IMG/VR virus record: IMGVR_UViG_3300023444_000001
Span: 1-64,000 of that record
Source: a virus
Length of the DNA: 64,000 nucleotides
Direction: 5' to 3' (one strand)
The translations under genes were made by a program, and so were the position numbers. Shown here piece by piece: positions 46,671 through 55,921 of the stretch; within the stretch, counting starts at the first letter, position 1; every line of letters starts with the position of its first letter. The notes below the pieces were generated by a model. The model did no database searches. It saw only the letters and a list, made by a program, of their open reading frames with translations, and was not told where the DNA came from.

Positions 46671-47132
46671 TCACTTTTCTCCAAAGACTGGGGAGCCAAA
46701 AAAATAACCATTAACCTCATCAATACAGGAAGAAAAAAACTCCATATCACCCCTTCTCCACAAAGACAATAAAAAATCTTCTGAATACTCTTCTTCAAAA
46801 ACTATTGGGCCTTTCCAAAAAGTCAATTTTATGGCCCGTGTACGCCAATCCCAAACTCCATCCCCTTTTATTTCTGAACTAAATCTTATCTTTTTATTTA
46901 TTGTAATATTCAATGAACTAATAAACCATTTTAATACTTCTCTAACATATTCAGAATCTTGAATTGTTTCTTTTTCAATTTTTTCTTCTGTCCAACCAAA
47001 CCACTTTTTAACTTGAAACAATAACCTCTTAAACCCCGAAATTCCCTCTTTCTTACATCTTTGAACCTGTTCAAGTTTTTTATCCCTATTTTCTGCGATA
47101 AACTCAGGAAATATTTCTTTCAATAAAATCAT
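46671..47132 (-). CDS. Hypothetical protein
   Basis: 153 aa ORF. Confidence 0.6.
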   Translation of the reverse strand: MILLKEIFPEFIAENRDKKLEQVQRCKKEGISGFKRLLFQVKKWFGWTEEKIEKETIQDSEYVREVLKWFISSLNITINKKIRFSSEIKGDGVWDWRTRAIKLTFWKGPIVFEEEYSEDFLLSLWRRGDMEFFSSCIDEVNGYFFGSPVFGEK

Positions 47133-47160
47133 CTTACCAATACCATCAAAAAATTAGACT

Positions 47161-48177
47161 TCATTCTATTATTCCTCCTTTATCAAGTTTTTCAAGAATC
47201 TCCTTTGCAATATACCATTTTGGCCTTTTTCTTAAAGTTTTATACTCAAGCAATCCATTAGGCAATCCTCCCCATCTTCCTGGAGCCTCTGAATCTTCAA
47301 GAAAATCAAACTCTCCTCTAACAACTGAAGTATTCAAAAACACTTCTTTTGCAAGTAAAAACAAATACTCAGCCGCACTTGATTCAGATAAATGCCCTCC
47401 ATCAGAAAGACTATTAAATACAAGTTCTGTTTCAATATTATAATCCAATAACAAATTCTCTACCTGATTTATGGCAGGTAATATTACATTAACATTTCTA
47501 CTATAATCAAAAATATCAAAAAAGTCTAATTGCCAACCATTATCAATAACAAGACTCAAAAACCTATCAATCCAATCCATTGTAGGAGTTTGACAATACC
47601 AAGGACGTCCTTCTCCTCTCATGTTATCCATTATATCATCTACTTGAACTCCTCCAATTTTAATTTCTATTCCTTTCTTAGCCTCAAATTTTTGAACCTC
47701 CTCCTGAACTACATCGTAAAAGTCATAAAATGTACTATCCGTAGCCCTCCAATAATATCTATTTGGCTCTACCCAAATATTAAAATACAATCTATCTGGA
47801 GAGTTCTTTTTCAAAAATTTCTTAATCACTTCAATATACAAATCAGCCCAAGAATGATAATCAACAGGTGGGTGCTTAGGATAAACCACTCTTCCATTAG
47901 GGTCTTTTTGAGTGGTAGATACAGAAGCCAAATCTTTTGGAGTTCCCCAAATTCTAATTTGAGACCATCCCCCTTTAGAAGTAATTCTATGGGCAAGATT
48001 TATCTGATCCTGCAAAGCCTTTTTTCCTGTACGATGTAATCCTACTAATTGAACATGGTGCTGATTTTTCCATCCATTTTCCTTTTCCCATACATTTATG
48101 GCCTCAAAAGGAACAACATGAGTCTTAGATGATCCCCCCCATAAATCACACCCAGGCAAAGCATTGATTTTCCTCAT
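47161..48177 (-). CDS. Glycoside-hydrolase-like protein (clan GH-A, GH39-like)
   Basis: PP-x-DY-x-x-W, YFNIWVEPN (cf. WNEP), KIGG, LDFF, GLL...RPKWY. Confidence 0.6.
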   Translation of the reverse strand: MRKINALPGCDLWGGSSKTHVVPFEAINVWEKENGWKNQHHVQLVGLHRTGKKALQDQINLAHRITSKGGWSQIRIWGTPKDLASVSTTQKDPNGRVVYPKHPPVDYHSWADLYIEVIKKFLKKNSPDRLYFNIWVEPNRYYWRATDSTFYDFYDVVQEEVQKFEAKKGIEIKIGGVQVDDIMDNMRGEGRPWYCQTPTMDWIDRFLSLVIDNGWQLDFFDIFDYSRNVNVILPAINQVENLLLDYNIETELVFNSLSDGGHLSESSAAEYLFLLAKEVFLNTSVVRGEFDFLEDSEAPGRWGGLPNGLLEYKTLRKRPKWYIAKEILEKLDKGGIIE

Positions 48178-49211
48178 TCCTCAATTCCTCCATACAAAAC
48201 TGGATCATTCAATCCATACTTTTCAAAAGTTTGTTCATTTGAATTTGCATCCGATCTCAGCCTGACAAACCTTGGATGACGAACAGTGCCTGACTTACTC
48301 ATATACTGTCCCATTATTTCAACAACCGAACCAATTAACTCTTCCTTCCGATTTGAAATTTCAGCCCTCATTTCTTCATCCATTCCAGAAGTTTGTCCAC
48401 ATTCATGCAAATTTCCCTTTGAATCATATAATCCATATTTAATAGCACCTATCCATCCATTATTTCCATACTTTCCATTACCATCAGTGAATCCCGTAAT
48501 CACAACATCCCAAGTTTCAATCCTTTTAACCTTAATCCAAGCATTTTTATTACCATACTCCAACCTCGTATCCTTAATCATACCCCCTTCTCCACCAGAG
48601 CCAATAGTATCAATCAAAAAATTTATTCCATCCTTACCAACATATCTTGGCACAAGATGAATATATTCAACAGCGGCTTTATCCTCTATCATAGCCAATT
48701 CTATGACATCTCGAAAATAATATTCCAACTGCTGCCTTCTTATACCATCAGGCTTTGCCATCATAGGAACTCCCCTCAACCACAAAAGATCAAAAACATG
48801 ATATTCAACATAACCTATCTCTTTTTGCCTCTCAATAGCCCTCTCTTCACTCGACCCCATAACAGAAACTGTATTTCCAAACTGTGTCACATCATCACCG
48901 TTTCCTACTATTTCTCCGTCTAAAACTGTATATCCTTCCAATTTAATATCCCTCAAATGAGGAACATTATCTGACTTATCTACCGGAATATTTGTCTTAG
49001 TTGAAATATGTCGAGACAACAAGATGTTCCTTCCATTCCGATCTTTAGGAATATACAAAAGGTACCTACTCCCATCCAACTTTGGCTCCACAATAAAATT
49101 AGTATCCTGAAGCATTCTTTGAACAGGATAAGGAACATAATCTCCAGTTTTTACAACAAAACTTCGTCCAGCAACGGCCGGATTCACAAACTCTGGAATA
49201 AACTTATACAT
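48174..49211 (-). CDS. lig: ATP-dependent DNA ligase
   Basis: EPKLDG, LDGE, VFD, EGGMIK, WIKVK, RHPRF. Confidence 0.92.
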   Translation of the reverse strand: MYKFIPEFVNPAVAGRSFVVKTGDYVPYPVQRMLQDTNFIVEPKLDGSRYLLYIPKDRNGRNILLSRHISTKTNIPVDKSDNVPHLRDIKLEGYTVLDGEIVGNGDDVTQFGNTVSVMGSSEERAIERQKEIGYVEYHVFDLLWLRGVPMMAKPDGIRRQQLEYYFRDVIELAMIEDKAAVEYIHLVPRYVGKDGINFLIDTIGSGGEGGMIKDTRLEYGNKNAWIKVKRIETWDVVITGFTDGNGKYGNNGWIGAIKYGLYDSKGNLHECGQTSGMDEEMRAEISNRKEELIGSVVEIMGQYMSKSGTVRHPRFVRLRSDANSNEQTFEKYGLNDPVLYGGIEE

Positions 49212-49241
49212 TTCAACTATCTCCTTTCTTTTTCAATTAAG

Positions 49242-49310
49242 TCTATGGGAGCAATCAACTATAATAAGGCGAGGCACTTCTCCTTTCTTATAATCAACTA
49301 CTCCCATAGA
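49242..49310 (-). promoter_or_regulatory. Long RNA hairpin in the ligase 5' leader
   Basis: TCTATGGGAG/CTCCCATAGA outer stem, extended by G-U pairs only on the minus strand. Confidence 0.55.
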
Positions 49311-49333
49311 AATCATTTTTCAAACTTAAACTC

Positions 49334-49388
49334 AAGTTAAAGTTTGATTGTATAATATAATATAATATATCTCTTTGAAAAAGTCAAG
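49334..49388 (-). promoter_or_regulatory. Repeated early-type promoter, copy 3
   Basis: About 55 nt identical to copy 1; TTGACT-N17-TATATT. Confidence 0.82.
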
Positions 49389-49399
49389 AGAATTGTTAT

Positions 49400-49711
49400 T
49401 TATTCAACAAATCCCCTATCTTGCAATTCTTTCAAAACAGTCTTATCTCCAACTTTATAAAGTTTTATTAACTTCAAATTTTCCTCACATCTCTTGAGAA
49501 CCAATTTTCCAAACTTAGTTCTTTCTGTTCTCTTCAATTCTTTTATTAAATTAGTCAATGTATTCTCTGGAAACAATGATTTAATCTGATTTAATCCCCA
49601 CAAAATAATCTTATCAATTCTAAGCCAATCTTCCCTTTCAAACATATCTCCATTTTTATACTTTGTATACAACCAATCAACCTCAGAATATACTTCGCTA
49701 TACGTCATCAT
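49400..49711 (-). CDS. Hypothetical protein
   Basis: 103 aa ORF. Confidence 0.6.
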   Translation of the reverse strand: MMTYSEVYSEVDWLYTKYKNGDMFEREDWLRIDKIILWGLNQIKSLFPENTLTNLIKELKRTERTKFGKLVLKRCEENLKLIKLYKVGDKTVLKELQDRGFVE

Positions 49712-50051
49712 TCATACCCTCAAGCAAAAAATCTTTCAACCTCATAACAACAACTTCCAATAAAGGCTGTCCAACTTCATTCGTAAATGATATTACTCGA
49801 AACCATATTTTATCAGGATATGCTAATATTTCCTTTTTTAATTCATCCCTATTCAATCGAAAAGATTTATAAGTTGTTGTCTTTAACTCACAAACCTTAT
49901 CTTTACCTATCAAATCTAAAAACCACGGAGCCTGATTTCCCGATCCCGGAGTTTCTTCCATTTTCAATAATTTAGACAAACTTTTTGCCTGCATCCGAGA
50001 CCTATCATAAGACGTTGGAATATCCTTACTCATCCACTTTGGTTTTTTCAT
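49698..50051 (-). CDS. Small PD-(D/E)XK resolvase-like nuclease
   Basis: TPGSGN...D...ELKTT-x-KSF; downstream of recA. Confidence 0.6.
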   Translation of the reverse strand: MKKPKWMSKDIPTSYDRSRMQAKSLSKLLKMEETPGSGNQAPWFLDLIGKDKVCELKTTTYKSFRLNRDELKKEILAYPDKIWFRVISFTNEVGQPLLEVVVMRLKDFLLEGMNDDV

Positions 50052-50137
50052 TTTTTAACTTATCCTCAACATCCTTCAACAAATCCCTCAAAAGACGCTC
50101 TTCAAAACACAATCGCCCTTTTTCTCCTTGAAGAGAC

Positions 50138-51256
50138 TTAAGACGCTCTTTTAATTCCTTTTTTCTTACTTTTAACAGATTCTTCTTTTTCAAAACAAAA
50201 ACCATTTTTTACTTCCTCCAAACTAATTCCAAGTTCTTCACAAATCTTCCCATGTACCTCCTTTACAAAATCAATATCTTCTCTTAATGCTTCTACAAGA
50301 GCAGGAACTCCATGAAAACTTTTTCCTTTAATATTAAACCAACCCGAACCCGAAGATTCAACTACTCCAAGTCTCGTACCAAACCTAATTATTTCTCTAA
50401 CCCAATCAAAAGCCCCCTGCTTAAAACCACTTCTACTTTTAACCACAAGATAAAGCGAACCTGTTCTAAAAGGTACAGAAGTTTTATTTTTAACAACCTT
50501 GCAATCAATTCCAAAAGTAACAAGATTTTTCATATCTCCTTCAAACTCCATTTCTCCTTTTTTCAATCGAACTCTAATAGAATCAGAATATTTTACCCCA
50601 CGTCCTCCAGGCAAAATTTCTGGAGAACCCCACTGATCCAAACTTGATCTGATTTGATTCACCAGAATGACTGTCGTATTATTTTCTTTGCCTTCAGAGG
50701 TTTTAGAATTTAGAGCCGCATGAACTTTTCTTAACCCCTTATTTATTAAACGAGGATTAACTGCCATTTGCTCCTTTTCCATGGGAACATCTAATTCCAA
50801 CCTTGAACTCATAACTGCAACTGAATCAACAACAATTAACGAAATATCTTCCGCTCTAATAAAGGCTTCAATAATATCAAATCCTTCATTCCCATTCACA
50901 GGTTCAGACAAGTAGACCTTATCAAGATCAATACCAATTTTATCCGCCCAAATATCATCCCATGAACCCTCAAAATCAATATATACCACCTTTTTATCCG
51001 GAAAAACTCTCTGTGCCTCTCTCATAGCATGAAAACACACAGTAGATTTACCAGATGATTCCAAACCATAAATTTGAACAATTCTCCCACAAGGCCATCC
51101 TCCTCCAATAAGATAATCCAAAACAGGAGAACCAGAGGAAAATCTCTCCAAATATCTTTTTCGAGATTTACTTCTACAAAGCACTGTTCCAATACCAAAC
51201 ATCTTATTCAAAACTTTTACTGCTTCCTCACTTGTAAAAACTTCTTTATCATTCAT
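50138..51256 (-). CDS. recA: RecA/UvsX recombinase
   Basis: GGGWP-x-GRI, GLESSGKS, VVDSVA, NQIR, PGG, KNK. Confidence 0.95.
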   Translation of the reverse strand: MNDKEVFTSEEAVKVLNKMFGIGTVLCRSKSRKRYLERFSSGSPVLDYLIGGGWPCGRIVQIYGLESSGKSTVCFHAMREAQRVFPDKKVVYIDFEGSWDDIWADKIGIDLDKVYLSEPVNGNEGFDIIEAFIRAEDISLIVVDSVAVMSSRLELDVPMEKEQMAVNPRLINKGLRKVHAALNSKTSEGKENNTTVILVNQIRSSLDQWGSPEILPGGRGVKYSDSIRVRLKKGEMEFEGDMKNLVTFGIDCKVVKNKTSVPFRTGSLYLVVKSRSGFKQGAFDWVREIIRFGTRLGVVESSGSGWFNIKGKSFHGVPALVEALREDIDFVKEVHGKICEELGISLEEVKNGFCFEKEESVKSKKKGIKRAS

Positions 51257-51576
51257 TCCACTTCACCTTCAACAATTTCAGACTTAAATTCCATTATATC
51301 TGAAGCAGTCAAAATTCTCTTTTTACACTCATTAACAGAAATAACTTGACTTGTTACTTTTATAACAAGATAATTCTCTCCTACTTCTCCAAAATCTTTA
51401 ATCCATTTTCTCGCCTCCTTCGTGCTCTTAAATCCAGTTTTAACAAGAGAAATATCTCCAACTCTACCAAGACCTTTTTGAGAAAAAGTTCCAACAGAAA
51501 ACCTTCCAAAATTCTTTTCCTGTGTAGTCATCATTTCATCCATTATCAATTCTCCCTTCTTTTCAATCACAATCAA
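51253..51576 (-). CDS. Hypothetical protein
   Basis: ORF overlapping the recA start. Confidence 0.55.
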   Translation of the reverse strand: MIVIEKKGELIMDEMMTTQEKNFGRFSVGTFSQKGLGRVGDISLVKTGFKSTKEARKWIKDFGEVGENYLVIKVTSQVISVNECKKRILTASDIMEFKSEIVEGEVE

Positions 51577-51874
51577 CAGCCTCAGAATTTGTCCAAAAAG
51601 TCATAGTTGTTCCAGCAAGCCTTACCTTTACTTTGCCAGACAAAAAACTCCAGGACTCCACATAGACCTTTGTTCTCCCTGTAGTCCAAACCAATTCGCT
51701 TGCAACGAGGAGAGACAATGCCTGTGTGTCTCCCTCAACAGAATACTCGACCGCCTCATCAAATATCTGTTCAGTTGCCGCAGCCAAATACCCTCGTTTC
51801 AGAGTACAAGAGCCATCAAGATTTGCTCTCAAATTTCCAACTATAAGCAAAAGAAAAACAAAAGTAATAAACAA
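51563..51874 (-). CDS. Small secreted protein
   Basis: Hydrophobic N-terminus; AGAGGAGG RBS; two Cys. Confidence 0.6.
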   Translation of the reverse strand: MFITFVFLLLIVGNLRANLDGSCTLKRGYLAAATEQIFDEAVEYSVEGDTQALSLLVASELVWTTGRTKVYVESWSFLSGKVKVRLAGTTMTFWTNSEAVDCD

Positions 51875-51890
51875 CTATTTTATCCTCCTC

Positions 51891-52082
51891 TTAAATATCT
51901 TCTTCTCTAACCGTCTTCCTCCCATTAGCCTTTGCCCGATACATTGCAACTGTTAAAATCCCTTCAACCAAATGACTCAATTTCGGAATAGCACTAACCG
52001 AACACTGAAATCCTTGGTCATGACAAAAATTCCTAACTGTCATACTTACCACCAACAACTTTTCTTTCTGTGTCTCTTCCAC
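51891..52082 (-). CDS. Bacterial-type histone-fold protein
   Basis: 63 aa. LLVV...VR...S...LS...RAKANGRKTVREEDI includes the histone-fold RKTV-x-x-x-D (R-D clamp). AAGGAGG RBS. Confidence 0.85.
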   Translation of the reverse strand: MEETQKEKLLVVSMTVRNFCHDQGFQCSVSAIPKLSHLVEGILTVAMYRAKANGRKTVREEDI

Positions 52083-52094
52083 TTTAGACCTCCT

Positions 52095-52709
52095 TCAATC
52101 CCAAGTGATTGCTCCATCATCATCCAAAAATCCACACTTCTTTTTTAACTCTTCCGAAGTCATCGGTTTCAGAATGGTATCCAAAGGTGGCAAATCCTTT
52201 GTCAACTCTTCTGGAACATCCGCTTCCTCAAGTGTATCAAAGTTGTACGAAGTATTAAATCCCTCACCAGTCCGAGTAATTTCAAATTTATACCCAGACA
52301 ATCCTCTTGGCTTTTTACTGTTTATCTTCTCTAACTGACCCAAAACCAATATCCCTGGAGTATAAAGTTTAACAACAGGAACACCATCAAAAGATTTTGA
52401 TGTTGAAGACCAACTGCCTCTGTAATCTACAACGTAAAATGCTCCAACAAATCTTGGAGAATTTCCTCTCTTACAAAGAGGACAATTTTCTCCTTCATCA
52501 CCTTCATCAATATCAGACAGACAAACAAATGTACGCCATCTACCATCAACTTGCACAGAGTGCTGATAATGAACATAAGGTGAATCTGAAACAAACTGAA
52601 TAACTGCTTCGGCTCCATCCAGCAAGAAAAACTTTGGAAAAGTTGCTTTTCTACTCTCTTCTGCTTTTCTTTGGGCCTTTCTAACTTTATCCCATCCTGT
52701 TTCAGCCAT
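52095..52709 (-). CDS. Single-stranded DNA-binding protein (gp32-like)
   Basis: H...C...CPLC, ITRTGEG-x-x-TSY, acidic tail; next to the polymerase. Confidence 0.75.
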   Translation of the reverse strand: MAETGWDKVRKAQRKAEESRKATFPKFFLLDGAEAVIQFVSDSPYVHYQHSVQVDGRWRTFVCLSDIDEGDEGENCPLCKRGNSPRFVGAFYVVDYRGSWSSTSKSFDGVPVVKLYTPGILVLGQLEKINSKKPRGLSGYKFEITRTGEGFNTSYNFDTLEEADVPEELTKDLPPLDTILKPMTSEELKKKCGFLDDDGAITWD

Positions 52710-52722
52710 TTCTACTACCTCC

Positions 52723-54441
52723 TTACGCCTTCACCCAATACTTGTCAACTTTGACATCTACAACAAGCGGTACAATCAATTCCACTGCAGTTTCCAGAAT
52801 ATGCTTTATCTCTTTAGCAATATCTGGAAGGTACTCATCCCCTACCTCCACAACTAACTCATCATGTACTTGAATCAAAATCACCCCCTTTCCCTTCAAA
52901 AATTTGGCCAATTTAACCATAGCCATCTTAACAATATCTGCTGCACTTCCTTGAACCTTCGTATTTATGGCCAATCTCCGTAAAAGCCCATATTCATCAT
53001 TCATACCGGAAAAATCTCTAAATCTCCCCATAAATGTTGTTACTCCATTATTTATCTTAGCCCCCCTATAAACAATATCAGCATAATCTTTAATAGAAGA
53101 AAACCTCTCAAAATAAGCCATTAAAAACATCTTGGCTTCATCTTCTGATATACCCAATCCTTGAGATAAACCATAAGGCCCCATCCCATATACAATTCCA
53201 AAATTTATTGTCTTCCCCATACTCCGACTAACTTTATATCCAACAATATCAGATAATTCATTTGCAGTCCTTTGGTGAATGTCTTCTCCATTTCTAAAAG
53301 CATCAACCATACGTTCATCATGGGACAAATGAGCCAAAACTCGCAATTCAATTTGTGAATAATCCGCCACTACAAAAGATTTATCCTTTCCAGAAATAAT
53401 TGCCTTTCTAACCTGTCCATCTTCCCCATACGTAATATTCTGAAAATTTGGATTATTAGAGGAAAACCTTCCTGTTTGTGTTCCCACAGAATTAAATCTA
53501 CCTCTCATTCTTCCATCTTTTTCACTTTTCACAAGAAATGAATTGATATATCCCAACGTTTTTCCAATCTCTCTATACCGCAACATCTTTGAAGTGATTC
53601 CAATAGTATCTTTTGCACTTAATTTCTTCAAAATATCCCTACCAGTGGCATACCTTCCTGTACTTGTTTTTTCAATAACAGGCAATTTCAAATCTTCAAA
53701 CAAAACCTTCCCAACTTGCATCGGAGAATTTAGATTGAATCTATATCCAACAAGATTTCCACAGAAATTATCTATCTCTTCAGCCTCACACTCTAATTTA
53801 TTTTTCAAACTAAGTAACTTTTCTCTATCTACTTTAACCCCAGTTTGCTCCATCAAAACTATGACTGGGATCAATTTCATTTCCAACTTAAAAACCTTAT
53901 CAAGATTTCTAAGGCCAAGTTGATTCTTATATTCATTCCACAATTTCAAAGTATATATTGCATCTTCCATCGAATATTTAGCCAACTTCTCAAGACTTTT
54001 AGAAACATTCTTAAACTCATCCATCTTATACCCATACCGCTCAAAAACCACTTTTTTAAGTCCAGCCGGAAGATTGGAAAAAAGCAATTTTCTTGCTACC
54101 ATAGCATCAAAGATATTTCCATCTTTATCAAATTCAATTCCTTCTCTAAACAACAATCCACAATCAAAAGTTGCATTCCAGGCTATCTTATTCAACTTTG
54201 ATTCAAAGAGCATATCCAAATATTTTCTGGAAGATTCAAATTCCTCAAACTTTCCATCAACAGAGAATTTTTCCTTTATACATTCTCCAACCAGAAATAA
54301 ACTCTCATATTTATCTTCCTCTCCCCTAATCGCCAATGATAATCCAAGTATTTCTGAATCATGCTCCAACCCCTCAGTTTCAAAATCAAAGGAAAACTCC
54401 CCCCTTGAAAATGCTTTTTCAACAAAATCCTTAATCTTCAT
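52723..54441 (-). CDS. polA: Family A DNA polymerase (3'-5' exonuclease plus polymerase; no 5' nuclease)
   Basis: DFETEG, TGRFSS, DYSQIELR, KTINFGIVYG, VQGSAAD, QVHDEL. Confidence 0.95.
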   Translation of the reverse strand: MKIKDFVEKAFSRGEFSFDFETEGLEHDSEILGLSLAIRGEEDKYESLFLVGECIKEKFSVDGKFEEFESSRKYLDMLFESKLNKIAWNATFDCGLLFREGIEFDKDGNIFDAMVARKLLFSNLPAGLKKVVFERYGYKMDEFKNVSKSLEKLAKYSMEDAIYTLKLWNEYKNQLGLRNLDKVFKLEMKLIPVIVLMEQTGVKVDREKLLSLKNKLECEAEEIDNFCGNLVGYRFNLNSPMQVGKVLFEDLKLPVIEKTSTGRYATGRDILKKLSAKDTIGITSKMLRYREIGKTLGYINSFLVKSEKDGRMRGRFNSVGTQTGRFSSNNPNFQNITYGEDGQVRKAIISGKDKSFVVADYSQIELRVLAHLSHDERMVDAFRNGEDIHQRTANELSDIVGYKVSRSMGKTINFGIVYGMGPYGLSQGLGISEDEAKMFLMAYFERFSSIKDYADIVYRGAKINNGVTTFMGRFRDFSGMNDEYGLLRRLAINTKVQGSAADIVKMAMVKLAKFLKGKGVILIQVHDELVVEVGDEYLPDIAKEIKHILETAVELIVPLVVDVKVDKYWVKA

Positions 54442-54477
54442 CTTTAATGCCTCCTTTTCTCTATATTTTATATATAA

Positions 54478-54510
54478 TGAAGATAATATATTCTCCCGTA
54501 AAAGTCAAGA
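54478..54510 (-). promoter_or_regulatory. Related sigma70-like promoter upstream of polA
   Basis: TTGACT-N17-TATCTT, resembling the repeated promoter. Confidence 0.6.
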
Positions 54511-55437
54511 GTTTAATTTCTCAGATATAATTCTTGATATTACATCCTCCTTCTTCAGATATACTTGTTTCCATTCCTCAACGGTATGTTGTGCTGGGTC
54601 TTTATATATTAGCCTAACCAAGTATAAATTCATCATAACTTCCTTCAACTTAGAAACCAACCGATTCCGTCCCTTAAATCCCGAAAAATCATTATCCAAA
54701 GCCAAAACTAACCTTGAAAAATTCAAAAGATTTTGAATTTGTCTATCAGTAACTCTCCATCCAAGTAGGGCTATAGAAGAATTTCCAGCCCTCCAAACAT
54801 TCTCACAATCGAGTTCACCCTCTACAATAACAGGAATTTTTGAATCCTTAACCAAAAGCGCCCTATAAAGTCCATATAACCCTCCCAACTCTGATTTTAA
54901 CCCGCTTGGATAAACATATCTTCGATCTGAATAAACACCTCTATAAGTTACTCCTATTATTTCTCCTTTTAGATTTCTTATGGCAAAAACAAGACAATTA
55001 CTCAACTTATCATACCTTACATCATTAAGATTTATTCCTCCTAATTTTCTTCTCTCCAAATACTTTACTGCAACAGAATCTTTATCTTCTCCTTTTAATT
55101 CTGGAAGAGCAAAAAATCTAACTTTTGGAGACTTAACATCTTCACATTCTCTCTTCCTGTATAAATCTTCCAACAATTTGTCTCTTTTTGCAATTTCTTT
55201 CATATCAAAAAAACCAGATATTTTATCTTCTTTCAATCCTTTTTCTCTAAGAAGCCTTAAAACAGAACCTCCTTTTCCACATCCAAAACAAAACCAAACC
55301 CCTTTATCCAAATTCAAAAAGAAACTTCCCTTTGTTTCTCTATGAAAAGGGCACAACGAACGCAATTCATTCCCAACTATTCTTGGATTTTTAAGCCCAA
55401 AAACTTCAATAATCTTCTCATAAGATTTTATCTTCAA
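54505..55437 (-). CDS. dnaG: DNA primase (CHC2 zinc finger plus TOPRIM)
   Basis: CPFH...CFGC, VEGELD, LDND; TTG start with AGGAGG RBS. Confidence 0.9.
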   Translation of the reverse strand: MKIKSYEKIIEVFGLKNPRIVGNELRSLCPFHRETKGSFFLNLDKGVWFCFGCGKGGSVLRLLREKGLKEDKISGFFDMKEIAKRDKLLEDLYRKRECEDVKSPKVRFFALPELKGEDKDSVAVKYLERRKLGGINLNDVRYDKLSNCLVFAIRNLKGEIIGVTYRGVYSDRRYVYPSGLKSELGGLYGLYRALLVKDSKIPVIVEGELDCENVWRAGNSSIALLGWRVTDRQIQNLLNFSRLVLALDNDFSGFKGRNRLVSKLKEVMMNLYLVRLIYKDPAQHTVEEWKQVYLKKEDVISRIISEKLNS

Positions 55438-55557
55438 ATTTTTCTCCTCCTATAATAATATATAATAATATAATTAGGCTGTTATAGTTTAATAAAATAA
55501 ATAATCTACTCCTATAACCTATAAAGAAATACTTTCTTTATAGTTTATAGTAGTATA

Positions 55558-55725
55558 TTATTTGCCTTTATCCTTACCAAAAACTTTATCTTTAACTACT
55601 AAATAAATTCCCTCTTTTAGTTGAACTAACATACATTGAATTACCACTCTACAAAATTCACAATTTGAAACAGAAACTTTCTTTCCACTTTTTAATTTTC
55701 CAGTACCAAAACATTCAATGCTCAT
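55558..55725 (-). CDS. 55-aa Cys-containing protein (below cutoff)
   Basis: MSIECFG...CEFC...; AAGGAG RBS; ATGA overlap. Confidence 0.55.
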   Translation of the reverse strand: MSIECFGTGKLKSGKKVSVSNCEFCRVVIQCMLVQLKEGIYLVVKDKVFGKDKGK

Positions 55726-55895
55726 TTTTCTTCTCCTTCCTTGGAATCCTCTTTATGCCAAATAATAAACGTAGTAATTACAGCAAAGAAAATTGCTATA
55801 ATTGCCAAGTACCAAACTTCAGGCAAAAATTTCATAATACTAATCCAAATAACACTTGTAACTAAACTTTCAGGCCATTTATTCTCTTGACTCAT
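55722..55895 (-). CDS. 57-aa membrane protein (below cutoff)
   Basis: MSQENKWPESLVTSVIWISIMKFLPEVWYLAIIAIFFAVITTFIIW...; AAAGGAG RBS. Confidence 0.6.
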   Translation of the reverse strand: MSQENKWPESLVTSVIWISIMKFLPEVWYLAIIAIFFAVITTFIIWHKEDSKEGEEK

Positions 55896-55921
55896 AGTTC
55901 TTCTCCTTTCTTTTCAGGTTT

